Shown here in pieces: positions 49,494-58,125 of a stretch of 64,000 nucleotides of DNA. A program made the translations under genes and the position numbers. Below the pieces are notes generated by a model. That model was not told the origin of the DNA. It did not search any database and worked only from the letters and a program-made list of their open reading frames with translations. This DNA is from Bacteroidota bacterium (GTDB taxonomy: Bacteria > Bacteroidota > Bacteroidia > Chitinophagales > Chitinophagaceae), in assembly GCA_004292605.1 (NCBI GenBank), contig RDXK01000097.1:40863-104862 (forward strand). Reading direction: 5' to 3'. Every line of letters begins with the position of its first letter. The stretch's first letter is position 1.

Positions 49494-51906
49494 CTCAATA
49501 AACAAGGGAATCCACGTATTTAAACAAAAGCGTTGGCTAAGGGTAGTATTATATAGTGTTCTTACTCTGTTGCTATTGGTTTTTATACTAAGCATCGTAG
49601 TATATAGTAATAAAAAAGCCATCATACAATATTGCACCAACTATGTAAACGTTAACTATCAAGCCAATTTACAAGTAGCCGATGTGGGCATAGCTTTTCT
49701 ACAATATTTTCCACATGCTGGTATAGATTTAAAGCAAGTACGCTTAGCAGGAAAAAATGAAGCAATAGCCCTACTGGTGGCCGATGAAATAAGTGTAAGG
49801 ATAAAATATACCGATGTATTGTTCGGTCGTTTTCCTCTAGAAAAACTTCAAGTAAAAAACGGTACCATTCAAGCCTATACCGATACATCTGGCAAAACTA
49901 ATTTTAGCTTTCTCAGCCAACCAGATTCTAGTAAAAAACAGGAGAGTAAAACAGCTATACCAGCCATTCAAGCAGCGCTAAAAAATGTGGCTATTGAAAT
50001 AAAAAACGACGCACAGCGTAAACATTTTCATTGGCAAGTACAGCTGTTAACAGCCAAGGTTACCCACCCTAATGATGCCTTACAAATAAAACTGCAATTT
50101 CAGCTCACCTCTAAGGCAATGGCCTTTAATACCAAGCACGGTAGCTTTCTTGAAAATGCCACCATACAAGCCGCTCCTACTATTCAGTATATCCCCGGTA
50201 CGAAAACGTATAAAATAGATTCCACCCAATGGCTGATTAGCGATATTCCGTTCACCATTGCCGCCAATATTACCGATACGGGTAACCAACATTTACAGCT
50301 GTATATACACACGCCCAAAGTAAATACCATGCAAGTAAAAGCCCTAGTAACACCTAAAATTGCTCGTTCTATCAATAAGGTACAATGCAGTGGAACTTTA
50401 TGGGCCAAAGCTGTGTTAAATACACCGTTACGCAAAGCCCAAGGCGACCCCGAAATAAATGTTGATTTTGGCGGCACCGGCACAGTTTTAGAAGGCTTTC
50501 AAACCCAGTTAAAAAATGCCGACTTTATAGCTAATTTTAACAACGCCATGAACAAAGCGGAGCCCACCAGCGATGCCAATAGCAGCATCACTATTCATCA
50601 GTTAACGGCCCTCTACCAAACACTGCCATTTAGCGTGAAAAATTGTAGCATTGAAAATTTAGATAGTCCTTTCATCACCACTAAAATTGCTATTGAAACA
50701 TCGGTTAAAAATCTGCAGGCCTTTGTACCCAATCATATCTTACAATTTGATTCGGGAAAAATCATTGCCCAACTTGATTATAGTGCACGGATAGGTCATA
50801 ATCTTTTTCAAAATGCAGTAGTAAATGGTGCGGTTACTATACAGGATATACACCTATTCTTTCCTACTTACCATTATGCTTTAAAAAAGGGCGTGGGAAC
50901 TATTCAGTTTCAAGGAACCAATGTATGGCTACCTAAACTAAGTTTTACTGGCGGCAGCGGAAATCACATTCATCTATCGGCATCAGCACCACAATTACTA
51001 ACTACATTGGCACATGAGCAAGCAGTTCCTAATTTCAGTATTCAGTTGGCAGCAAACGCCTTAAATATTAACCAATGGAAACAATTTGCCGTACCAAAAA
51101 CTACGGGTAAAAAGCAATCTTTATCGGCACTAGCCTACAGCATTGATAAAATTTTAAACCACGGAAAACTTAGCTTTCACGCCTCTATCCAGCAATTGTA
51201 TTACCAAAATATGGTGGCTAAAAATTGCGAAGCGGAGGTAGTATTATCTGCCAAAAATTGCTTGATTAAAAATGTATCGATGAATGTTTTTGGGGGGCGT
51301 ATTCAAGCAACAGGCGCTAGCACTGTACGTGGTAATATTGCCCAAATAACTACCCAAGTAAAAGCCACTAATATTGCCATTCCTGCTGTGTTTAAGGGCT
51401 TTGATAATTTTGGTATGCAGCACTTACAGCACAAACAATTAAATGGTACAGCCAATGCTAACATTCGCTTGCAAGCCTACATCAACAGTAAAGGCATTCA
51501 ATGGAAAACAGTACATGGTAAAACCAATGTACAGTTAACAAACTTACAGTTGCTCAACTATGAACCACTAACCGCCATCAAACGAAAAATTTTCAAAAAT
51601 CGTAGTTTAGAAAATGTGGTTATCCCATCCTTGCAAAGGCAGTTTATTATACAGTCGGGCTTAGTACAAGTGCCTGAAACGTTGGTAAGTAGCAATGTAT
51701 TTTTCTGCCAACTAAGTGGGAAAGTTGGCCTAGGAAATTTGCCTACCAATCTGCTTGTAAAAATCCCATTAAAAAATCTATCCAAGAAAAATAGCGAGGA
51801 GCGATTGTTGCAAGCCAAAAGCAAAACTGGTATGAGTATTTTTTTTAGGGCAGCTACTGATCCACAGGGAAAACTTGATATTCATTACTTGCCATTCAAG
51901 TTTTAG
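49486..51906 (+). CDS. AsmA-like large envelope protein
   Basis: N-terminal TM anchor (WLRVVLYSVLTLLLLVFILSIVVY), followed by about 750 aa of beta-rich repetitive sequence, as in the AsmA/TamB-like family. Recognition by architecture only. Confidence 0.5.
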   Translation: MNSSINKGIHVFKQKRWLRVVLYSVLTLLLLVFILSIVVYSNKKAIIQYCTNYVNVNYQANLQVADVGIAFLQYFPHAGIDLKQVRLAGKNEAIALLVADEISVRIKYTDVLFGRFPLEKLQVKNGTIQAYTDTSGKTNFSFLSQPDSSKKQESKTAIPAIQAALKNVAIEIKNDAQRKHFHWQVQLLTAKVTHPNDALQIKLQFQLTSKAMAFNTKHGSFLENATIQAAPTIQYIPGTKTYKIDSTQWLISDIPFTIAANITDTGNQHLQLYIHTPKVNTMQVKALVTPKIARSINKVQCSGTLWAKAVLNTPLRKAQGDPEINVDFGGTGTVLEGFQTQLKNADFIANFNNAMNKAEPTSDANSSITIHQLTALYQTLPFSVKNCSIENLDSPFITTKIAIETSVKNLQAFVPNHILQFDSGKIIAQLDYSARIGHNLFQNAVVNGAVTIQDIHLFFPTYHYALKKGVGTIQFQGTNVWLPKLSFTGGSGNHIHLSASAPQLLTTLAHEQAVPNFSIQLAANALNINQWKQFAVPKTTGKKQSLSALAYSIDKILNHGKLSFHASIQQLYYQNMVAKNCEAEVVLSAKNCLIKNVSMNVFGGRIQATGASTVRGNIAQITTQVKATNIAIPAVFKGFDNFGMQHLQHKQLNGTANANIRLQAYINSKGIQWKTVHGKTNVQLTNLQLLNYEPLTAIKRKIFKNRSLENVVIPSLQRQFIIQSGLVQVPETLVSSNVFFCQLSGKVGLGNLPTNLLVKIPLKNLSKKNSEERLLQAKSKTGMSIFFRAATDPQGKLDIHYLPFKF

Positions 51907-51998
51907 TTCACCGATATAAATAACTGCATTACAGCAATTTGCGGCTGTTAGCCAAACCTTTTGTAGCTTACACGGTTTCCAACACAAACATTATTCAC

Positions 51999-54900
51999 AT
52001 GAAGCTCAGTCAATTTGTGGCAATGCTGTTACTTAGTACCGTAACGGCATTTGCACAACCCACTTTTCCCGTAAATGGTGTGGCCGATAAACGAAGCACA
52101 CCCACTGCGTTTACCAATGCTACCATCATTATTTCACCCACTACCACTGTTAGCAATGCTACCCTTCTAGTACAGGATGGCAAAATACTAGCAGTAGGCA
52201 CCAATGTAGCCGTACCTAAGGAGGCCCAAGTAATTAACTGCACCGGTAAATTTATATATCCTGCGTTTATAGATGCCTTTACCGATTATGGTGTACCAAG
52301 AGTAGAAAGAGCACCAGGTTTTAATTTCTTTGCCCCTGCACAATTAACCAATAACCAAAAAGGTGCTTTTGGCTGGAACCAAGCCATACGTGCCGATATA
52401 GATGCCGGAAAACTATTTAGTACAGATGATAGCCGTGCAAAAAATTTACGTGATATTGGCTTTGGAGCCGTTTTCACTCACCAAAAAGATGGTATTGCCC
52501 GTGGTACGGGAGCGGTAGTAACCCTAGCAGCCGACAAAGAAAATAACACCATCCTAAAAGATAAAGCTGCCGCCGTTTACAGCTTTAGTAAAGGCAGCAG
52601 TACACAAAGCTACCCAAGTAGTATGATGGGCTGTATAGCCTTGCTAAAACAAACTTATTACGATGCGGAATGGTATAAAACCAATGCCGATAAAGAGGGT
52701 GTAAACCTAAGTTTAAAAGCATTTAATGAAGCCCAAAACCTGCCCCAAATATTTGATATAGCGGAACGTGGCAACGGCGATGCTAGTAGCAAATGGAATG
52801 CGTTACGTGCCGATAGAATTGGCGATGCATTTGGCAAACAATACATTATTAAAGGCTTAGGATATGAGTACCAACGTATAGATGAAATGAAAAAAACGGG
52901 TGCTACTTTTATTCTTCCCTTAAACTTTCCTGCTGCAATGGATGTAGAAGATGCTGCCGACGTACGCTTTGTAGCCGTAGCCGATATGAAACATTGGGAG
53001 CTAGCGCCCACGCAGCCAGCCGCATTCGAAAAAAATGCCATCCCTTTTTGCTTAACTACCAACGATAATAGAGACCCACGCCAGTTTTTTGCCAATCTAA
53101 AAAAGGCAATAGAAAATGGCTTATCGGAAACTGCTGCTTTGGAGGCTTTGCTAACTACGCCAGCCAAAGTGTTAGAAGTAGCCGATAAAGTAGGAAGTTT
53201 AGAAAAAGGAAAACTAGCCAACTTTTTTATTACCAACGGCCCTGTTTTTGCCGATAAATCTACCATCTTACAAACCTATGTACAGGGTATAAAATACGCT
53301 GTTAAGGAAGATGCTTGGTATAGCACCAATGGTGAATACGCCCTAGCCATACAGCAAAAAGGCAGTACACAAAACTTTACGGTTTCTATAAAAAATAACC
53401 AAGCCACTGTAATAGCAAAAGATAGCGTACAAGGCAAGTGGGTGTTTGATGGTACACAAGTAAAACTAAATTTTAACGCTGGTAAAAAAGCAAAATCAGG
53501 CTACAAACTAAGCGGTATTAACAATGGCGATGTTTGGCAAGGAACGGGTTTAGATAGCAGCAGTGAATTGGTTACTTGGCAAATGACGTTGGTAAAAGAA
53601 ACCACCACCAAAGCCGATTCCGTTAAACCAAAAGCCCTACCTACCGTGGGTACACTTAGCTACCCATTAAACGGTTATGGTTTTGAAAAAGCACCTACCG
53701 CCCAAACATTGTTATTTAAAAATGCAACCGTGTGGACGAGTGCTAAGGATGGCATTTTAAAGGAAACGGATGTGTTATTAAAAGACGGAAAAATTGCCGC
53801 TATCGGTAAAAGTCTTTCCTCTGCTGGCGCCACCGTTATAGATGCTACTAACAAGCATTTAACCCCAGGATTGATTGATGAACACTCACATATAGCCGTA
53901 AGTTCTATCAACGAAGGTGGCCAAAGTGTAACATCGGAGGTACGAATAGGTGATAACATTAATCCTGATGATATTAATATTTATCGTCAGCTATCGGGCG
54001 GTGTTACTACTTCCCATATTTTACACGGCAGTGCCAATACCATTGGAGGCCAAACCCAACTATTAAAACTACGCTGGGGCGTGAACGATGAGGATATGAA
54101 GTTTGCAGGTGCCGATGGTTTTATAAAATTTGCTTTGGGCGAAAACGTAAAACGCAGTCCAGCCCAGCAAAACAATCGTTTTCCAGATTCACGTATGGGT
54201 GTGGAACAAGTAATGGTAGATGCCTTTACCCGTGCCCGTGAATACGAAAAGGCCATAGCAGCAGCCAATCCACCGTCTGCTACTAAAAAAGGTACTTTAG
54301 CCAAACAAAACCCTTGGGCTACCGTACGCAGAGATTTAGAGTTAGATGCTTTAGTGGAAATTTTAAATAAAAAACGCTTCATCACTTGCCACTCTTATGT
54401 ACAAAGCGAAATAGTGGGTGCCTTACGGGTAGCCGAGCAGTTTGGCTTTACCCTAAACACTTTTACCCACATACTTGAAGGCTATAAAGTAGCCGATAAA
54501 ATGAAGGCCCACGGTGCTGCGGTAAGTACGTTTAGCGACTGGTGGACCTACAAAATGGAAGTAGTAGATGCCATACCGCAAAATGCCAGCATTATGCAAA
54601 GAGTGGGCTTAAACGTAGCCATTAATAGCGATGATGCTGAAATGGCCCGCCGCCTAAACCATGAAGCCGCAAAAAGCGTGAAATACGCCGGTATGAGTGA
54701 GGAAAATGCCCTTAAAATGGTTACCATCAATCCTGCCACCATGCTACATGTAGATAAGCAAGTAGGTAGCATAGAAATAGGTAAGGATGCCGATGTGGTT
54801 TTATGGAGCCAGCACCCACTTAGTGTGTACGCACAAGCCGAAAAAACAGTGGTAGATGGTATTGTATACTTTGACAGAGAAAAAGATGCTCAGCTAAGAA

Positions 54901-55058
54901 AAAATATTGTGCAGGAAAAAAATAGACTGATGCAAAAAATGGCGGGAGAAAAAAGAGCCGGTATGCCTACTGTACCAGCAGCTGCTAGTATGGAAGTAAT
55001 GCATAGCTGTGGCGACCATTTTCATAAACATGGTTTACTAGTAATAGACCAACATTAA
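51999..55058 (+). CDS. Secreted large amidohydrolase-family protein (two modules)
   Basis: ATG at 51999 gives a signal peptide. The C-terminal module has PGLIDEHSHI (HxH) and INSDD. The N-terminal module has the same entry pattern but reads YPAFIDAFTDY. Confidence 0.8.
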   Translation: MKLSQFVAMLLLSTVTAFAQPTFPVNGVADKRSTPTAFTNATIIISPTTTVSNATLLVQDGKILAVGTNVAVPKEAQVINCTGKFIYPAFIDAFTDYGVPRVERAPGFNFFAPAQLTNNQKGAFGWNQAIRADIDAGKLFSTDDSRAKNLRDIGFGAVFTHQKDGIARGTGAVVTLAADKENNTILKDKAAAVYSFSKGSSTQSYPSSMMGCIALLKQTYYDAEWYKTNADKEGVNLSLKAFNEAQNLPQIFDIAERGNGDASSKWNALRADRIGDAFGKQYIIKGLGYEYQRIDEMKKTGATFILPLNFPAAMDVEDAADVRFVAVADMKHWELAPTQPAAFEKNAIPFCLTTNDNRDPRQFFANLKKAIENGLSETAALEALLTTPAKVLEVADKVGSLEKGKLANFFITNGPVFADKSTILQTYVQGIKYAVKEDAWYSTNGEYALAIQQKGSTQNFTVSIKNNQATVIAKDSVQGKWVFDGTQVKLNFNAGKKAKSGYKLSGINNGDVWQGTGLDSSSELVTWQMTLVKETTTKADSVKPKALPTVGTLSYPLNGYGFEKAPTAQTLLFKNATVWTSAKDGILKETDVLLKDGKIAAIGKSLSSAGATVIDATNKHLTPGLIDEHSHIAVSSINEGGQSVTSEVRIGDNINPDDINIYRQLSGGVTTSHILHGSANTIGGQTQLLKLRWGVNDEDMKFAGADGFIKFALGENVKRSPAQQNNRFPDSRMGVEQVMVDAFTRAREYEKAIAAANPPSATKKGTLAKQNPWATVRRDLELDALVEILNKKRFITCHSYVQSEIVGALRVAEQFGFTLNTFTHILEGYKVADKMKAHGAAVSTFSDWWTYKMEVVDAIPQNASIMQRVGLNVAINSDDAEMARRLNHEAAKSVKYAGMSEENALKMVTINPATMLHVDKQVGSIEIGKDADVVLWSQHPLSVYAQAEKTVVDGIVYFDREKDAQLRKNIVQEKNRLMQKMAGEKRAGMPTVPAAASMEVMHSCGDHFHKHGLLVIDQH

Positions 55059-55084
55059 TTTAACCCACCTAAAATTGTAATAAA

Positions 55085-56374
55085 ATGAAAAAAATATTAT
55101 ATAGTTTTTTATTCCTAACTACGGTGGCCACAGCCCAGGAAACCGTTTACCCAGCACCTGCCCAAAAAGGTAGTATAGCCATTAATAATGCTACTATACA
55201 CGTAGGCAACGGTGCCGTAATTACCAATGGCAGCATTGTTTTTGAAAACGGTAAAATTACCCAAGTAAATACCAGCGCCACGGCTACCGCAGCTACGGTA
55301 ATAAATGCCAATGGTAAACATGTATACCCCGGCCTTATTTTAAGTAGTAGTAACCTAGGCTTGCTAGAAGTGCCTAGTGTACGGGCCACGGTAGATGCCA
55401 ATGAAATAGGCGAAATAAATGCCAATGTACGCAGCATTGTAGCCTACAATACCGATAGTAAAGTAATTAATACCTTAAAAGCCAACGGTATATTATTAGC
55501 CAACATTGCACCCAACGGTAGTTTACTACAAGGTACAAGTAGTGTAGTACAGTTAGATGCATGGCATTGGGAAGATGCCGCTTATGCTATAGATAAAGGT
55601 GTACATATAAACCTACCTAGTTTACTAAATAGGCCTAACCCCTTTGCGGAATTTTTAGGAACTGCCAGCAATACCGACCCGTTAAAAAGAGGCTTGGAGC
55701 AAATAGAAAAGCTAAAGCAATTTTTTAGAGATGCTAAAGCCTACAACGCTAACCCAACTGCCTACCCCGTAAACATAAAGCTTAGTGCAGTAAAAGGTTT
55801 ATTTACACAGCAGCAAAAGCTATTTGTAGCCGCAGAAACGGTGAAGGAAATGCTCATTGCTATCGACTTTGCTAAGGAGTTTGGCTGCCAAGTAGTAATT
55901 GTAGGCGGTAGCGATAGTTATTTAATAGCACCGCTATTAAAGCAAAATAATATACCCGTTATTCTTGGTCAGTGCCACACCCTTCCTACTCTACAGGATG
56001 ATGATGTGGATCAACCCTATAAAACACCCGCTATCTTACAAAAAGCAGGGGTTTTATTTGCTATTAATGATGATGATGGCAACAGCCGTTTCCGGAATTT
56101 AGCTTTCAATGCCGGCACCGCTGCCGCCTACGGTTTAACCAAGGAAGAAGCCCTAGCTGCCGTAAGTTTAAATGCTGCCAAAATTCTTGGTATAGATGCT
56201 AAAACCGGCAGTTTAGAAGTAGGTAAGGATGCTAACATAGTAATTAGCGCTGGCGATTTATTAGATATGAAAACCAGTATAGTAGAACATGCTTTTATAC
56301 AGGGCAGAAAAGTAAGTTTGGAAACCAAGCAAACCCAATTAGCTAAACGCTACGAGGTAAAATACGGTTTGTAA
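55085..56374 (+). CDS. Secreted amidohydrolase-family protein (HxH motif absent)
   Basis: Signal peptide; NGKITQV...NGKHVYPGLILSSSNLG where HxH is expected; AINDDDG and GSLEVGKDANIV at the C-terminus. Confidence 0.75.
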   Translation: MKKILYSFLFLTTVATAQETVYPAPAQKGSIAINNATIHVGNGAVITNGSIVFENGKITQVNTSATATAATVINANGKHVYPGLILSSSNLGLLEVPSVRATVDANEIGEINANVRSIVAYNTDSKVINTLKANGILLANIAPNGSLLQGTSSVVQLDAWHWEDAAYAIDKGVHINLPSLLNRPNPFAEFLGTASNTDPLKRGLEQIEKLKQFFRDAKAYNANPTAYPVNIKLSAVKGLFTQQQKLFVAAETVKEMLIAIDFAKEFGCQVVIVGGSDSYLIAPLLKQNNIPVILGQCHTLPTLQDDDVDQPYKTPAILQKAGVLFAINDDDGNSRFRNLAFNAGTAAAYGLTKEEALAAVSLNAAKILGIDAKTGSLEVGKDANIVISAGDLLDMKTSIVEHAFIQGRKVSLETKQTQLAKRYEVKYGL

Positions 56375-56397
56375 ATACAGATATTGCACCAACTAAA

Positions 56398-56427
56398 GGA
56401 GGGGTTTCGCCATGGCGAAACCCCTCT
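56398..56427. terminator. Bidirectional terminator (perfect palindrome)
   Basis: GAGGGGTTTCGC-CATG-GCGAAACCCCTC between convergent genes. Confidence 0.65.
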
Positions 56428-56449
56428 ATTTATATTGCCTACCATTAGC

Positions 56450-57574
56450 TTAATAATTTATAATCTGCTCTTCTATTTGTGCAGGTATATCCCTCCACTC
56501 ATATTGTTGGTTTCTTAACTGCGGTTCAAAACCTGCCTCCTGAATAGCTGTTTGTATAGTTTTATACGTAAACCTATGCGGTGCACCAGCGGCACTCACC
56601 ACGTTTTCTTCTATCATAATACTACCAAAATCGTTGGCACCAGCTTCTAAACATATCTGAGCAGTTTGCTTACCTACCGTCAACCAGCTAGCTTGTATAT
56701 TTTTTACATTGGGTAGCATTATACGGCTCAGGGCTATCATACGTATATACTCCTCTGCCGTAGTTAAATTTTGCACACCACGTATACGAGTAAGCAAGGT
56801 ATCCACATCCTGAAAAGTCCATGGTATAAACGCTAAAAAGCCTTTTGCATCCGCAGGTTTCTTAGCTTGCGTAGCCCGTATTCTTTCCAAATGTATAAAA
56901 CGCTCCTCTATAGTTTCCACGTGGCCAAACATCATGGTGGCACTAGTGGTAATATGTAGTTTATGGGCTTGGTGCATTACTTCCAGCCATTCATCGGCAC
57001 CACATTTTCCCTTGCTAATTAGGCGGCGTACCCTATCTATTAGTATTTCGGCACCAGCACCTGGCAAACTATCTAAACCAGCTTCCTTCAGCGCCTTTAA
57101 TACCTCATGGTGGGTACTTTTTTCTAGTTTGGTTATATGGGCTATTTCGGGCGGACCTAATGCATGTAACTTAATAGTAGGGTACTCATTTTTTATAGCC
57201 TTAAACGTATCTACATAAAACTGCAAGCCTAACTCCGGGTGGTGGCCACCTTGTAGTAATAGTTGGTCGCCCCCCAAGGCCATTGTTTCCTCTATTTTCT
57301 TGCGGTAAGTAGGCATATCAGTAATGTACGCCTCCGCATGGCCGGGTATTCTATAAAAATTACAGAACTTACAATTGGCTATACACACATTGGTGGTGTT
57401 TACATTTCTATCTATCTGCCAAGTTACTTTACCATGGGGCACCTGCTTTTTACGCAGCTCGTTGGCCACAAACATTAACTCCGTTAAAGGTGCGTTGTGG
57501 TATAGGTAAACACCCTCTTCCACCGTTAAAAATTCAAAAGCCAGCGCCTTTGTATATAAATCATTTAAAATCAT
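56450..57574 (-). CDS. Radical SAM enzyme of the CofH/MqnC/MqnE family (futalosine-pathway menaquinone biosynthesis type)
   Basis: CIANCKFCNF (CxxxCxxC) after NVNTTN, about 374 aa, GGD..LLQGG pattern. MqnC and MqnE cannot be told apart by eye. Confidence 0.7.
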   Translation of the reverse strand: MILNDLYTKALAFEFLTVEEGVYLYHNAPLTELMFVANELRKKQVPHGKVTWQIDRNVNTTNVCIANCKFCNFYRIPGHAEAYITDMPTYRKKIEETMALGGDQLLLQGGHHPELGLQFYVDTFKAIKNEYPTIKLHALGPPEIAHITKLEKSTHHEVLKALKEAGLDSLPGAGAEILIDRVRRLISKGKCGADEWLEVMHQAHKLHITTSATMMFGHVETIEERFIHLERIRATQAKKPADAKGFLAFIPWTFQDVDTLLTRIRGVQNLTTAEEYIRMIALSRIMLPNVKNIQASWLTVGKQTAQICLEAGANDFGSIMIEENVVSAAGAPHRFTYKTIQTAIQEAGFEPQLRNQQYEWRDIPAQIEEQIINY

Positions 57575-57660
57575 AAACTTGTATTGCTCTTTATAACAAA
57601 ACTAATGGGTATTGGTTTATACCAGCATCACAGGATTTGTGAGATGGATAGATGAGGGCA

Positions 57661-57747
57661 CTTGGGCGTTACCCACAAGGGGTCGGTCTGTTCGCTGCTA
57701 GTCCTCACTTCGTTGCGGGCTATACGCTGCCATACCTAACGCAGGCA
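57661..57747. repeat. Intergenic repeat element, copy B (short variant)
   Basis: Same two conserved blocks as 7351..7465, in the same orientation, with a much shorter central core. Confidence 0.6.
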
Positions 57748-57765
57748 TCCGTACCAATAAGTAGT

Positions 57766-58116
57766 TTATCCCCCTGCTTTTTTTGTTTGGGTGTAGCCTT
57801 TTTGCAGCAGCCATGCCAGTACCTTCTCTCGTTGATCGCCTTGAATAATTATTTCACCGTCCTTGGCCGATCCACCCGTGCCACAATGCGTTTTTAGCTG
57901 TTTACCCAGCGTTTCTAAATCGGCCACTGTGCCCACAAAACCGAAGATGATGGTAGCAGCTTTGCCGCCTCTGTGTTTAGTTTCTAGCTGTATACGTAAT
58001 TTTTGAGCAGCAGGCGCTAGTGTTGTTACTTCCGCGTCGTTGTCTGCAAAATTAAAATCCGGATTGGTGCTGTATACAAATCCAAATTTATCGCTCTTGT
58101 TTTTATTGGCTGCCAT
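57766..58116 (-). CDS. SUI1/YciH family translation initiation factor-like protein
   Basis: RIQLETKHRGGKAATII.GF...LKTHCGTGGSAKDGEIIIQGDQREKV is the SUI1 fold signature. Confidence 0.85.
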   Translation of the reverse strand: MAANKNKSDKFGFVYSTNPDFNFADNDAEVTTLAPAAQKLRIQLETKHRGGKAATIIFGFVGTVADLETLGKQLKTHCGTGGSAKDGEIIIQGDQREKVLAWLLQKGYTQTKKAGG

Positions 58117-58125
58117 GTAGCAAAG

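Noticed and set aside
52658-53266. 202-aa minus-strand ORF inside the large amidohydrolase gene. Similar antisense ORFs lie in dcuA (30715..31176) and in the TonB-dependent receptor gene.
   Set aside because: These are antisense to long, motif-supported genes. Their Ala/Ser/Leu-rich composition matches the reverse frame of coding sequence biased toward particular codons. There is no independent evidence for them.
57652-57897. 81-aa plus-strand ORF beginning in the intergenic repeat.
   Set aside because: Its N-terminal part translates the repeat element, and the rest is antisense to the well-supported SUI1 gene. It is almost certainly not a gene.
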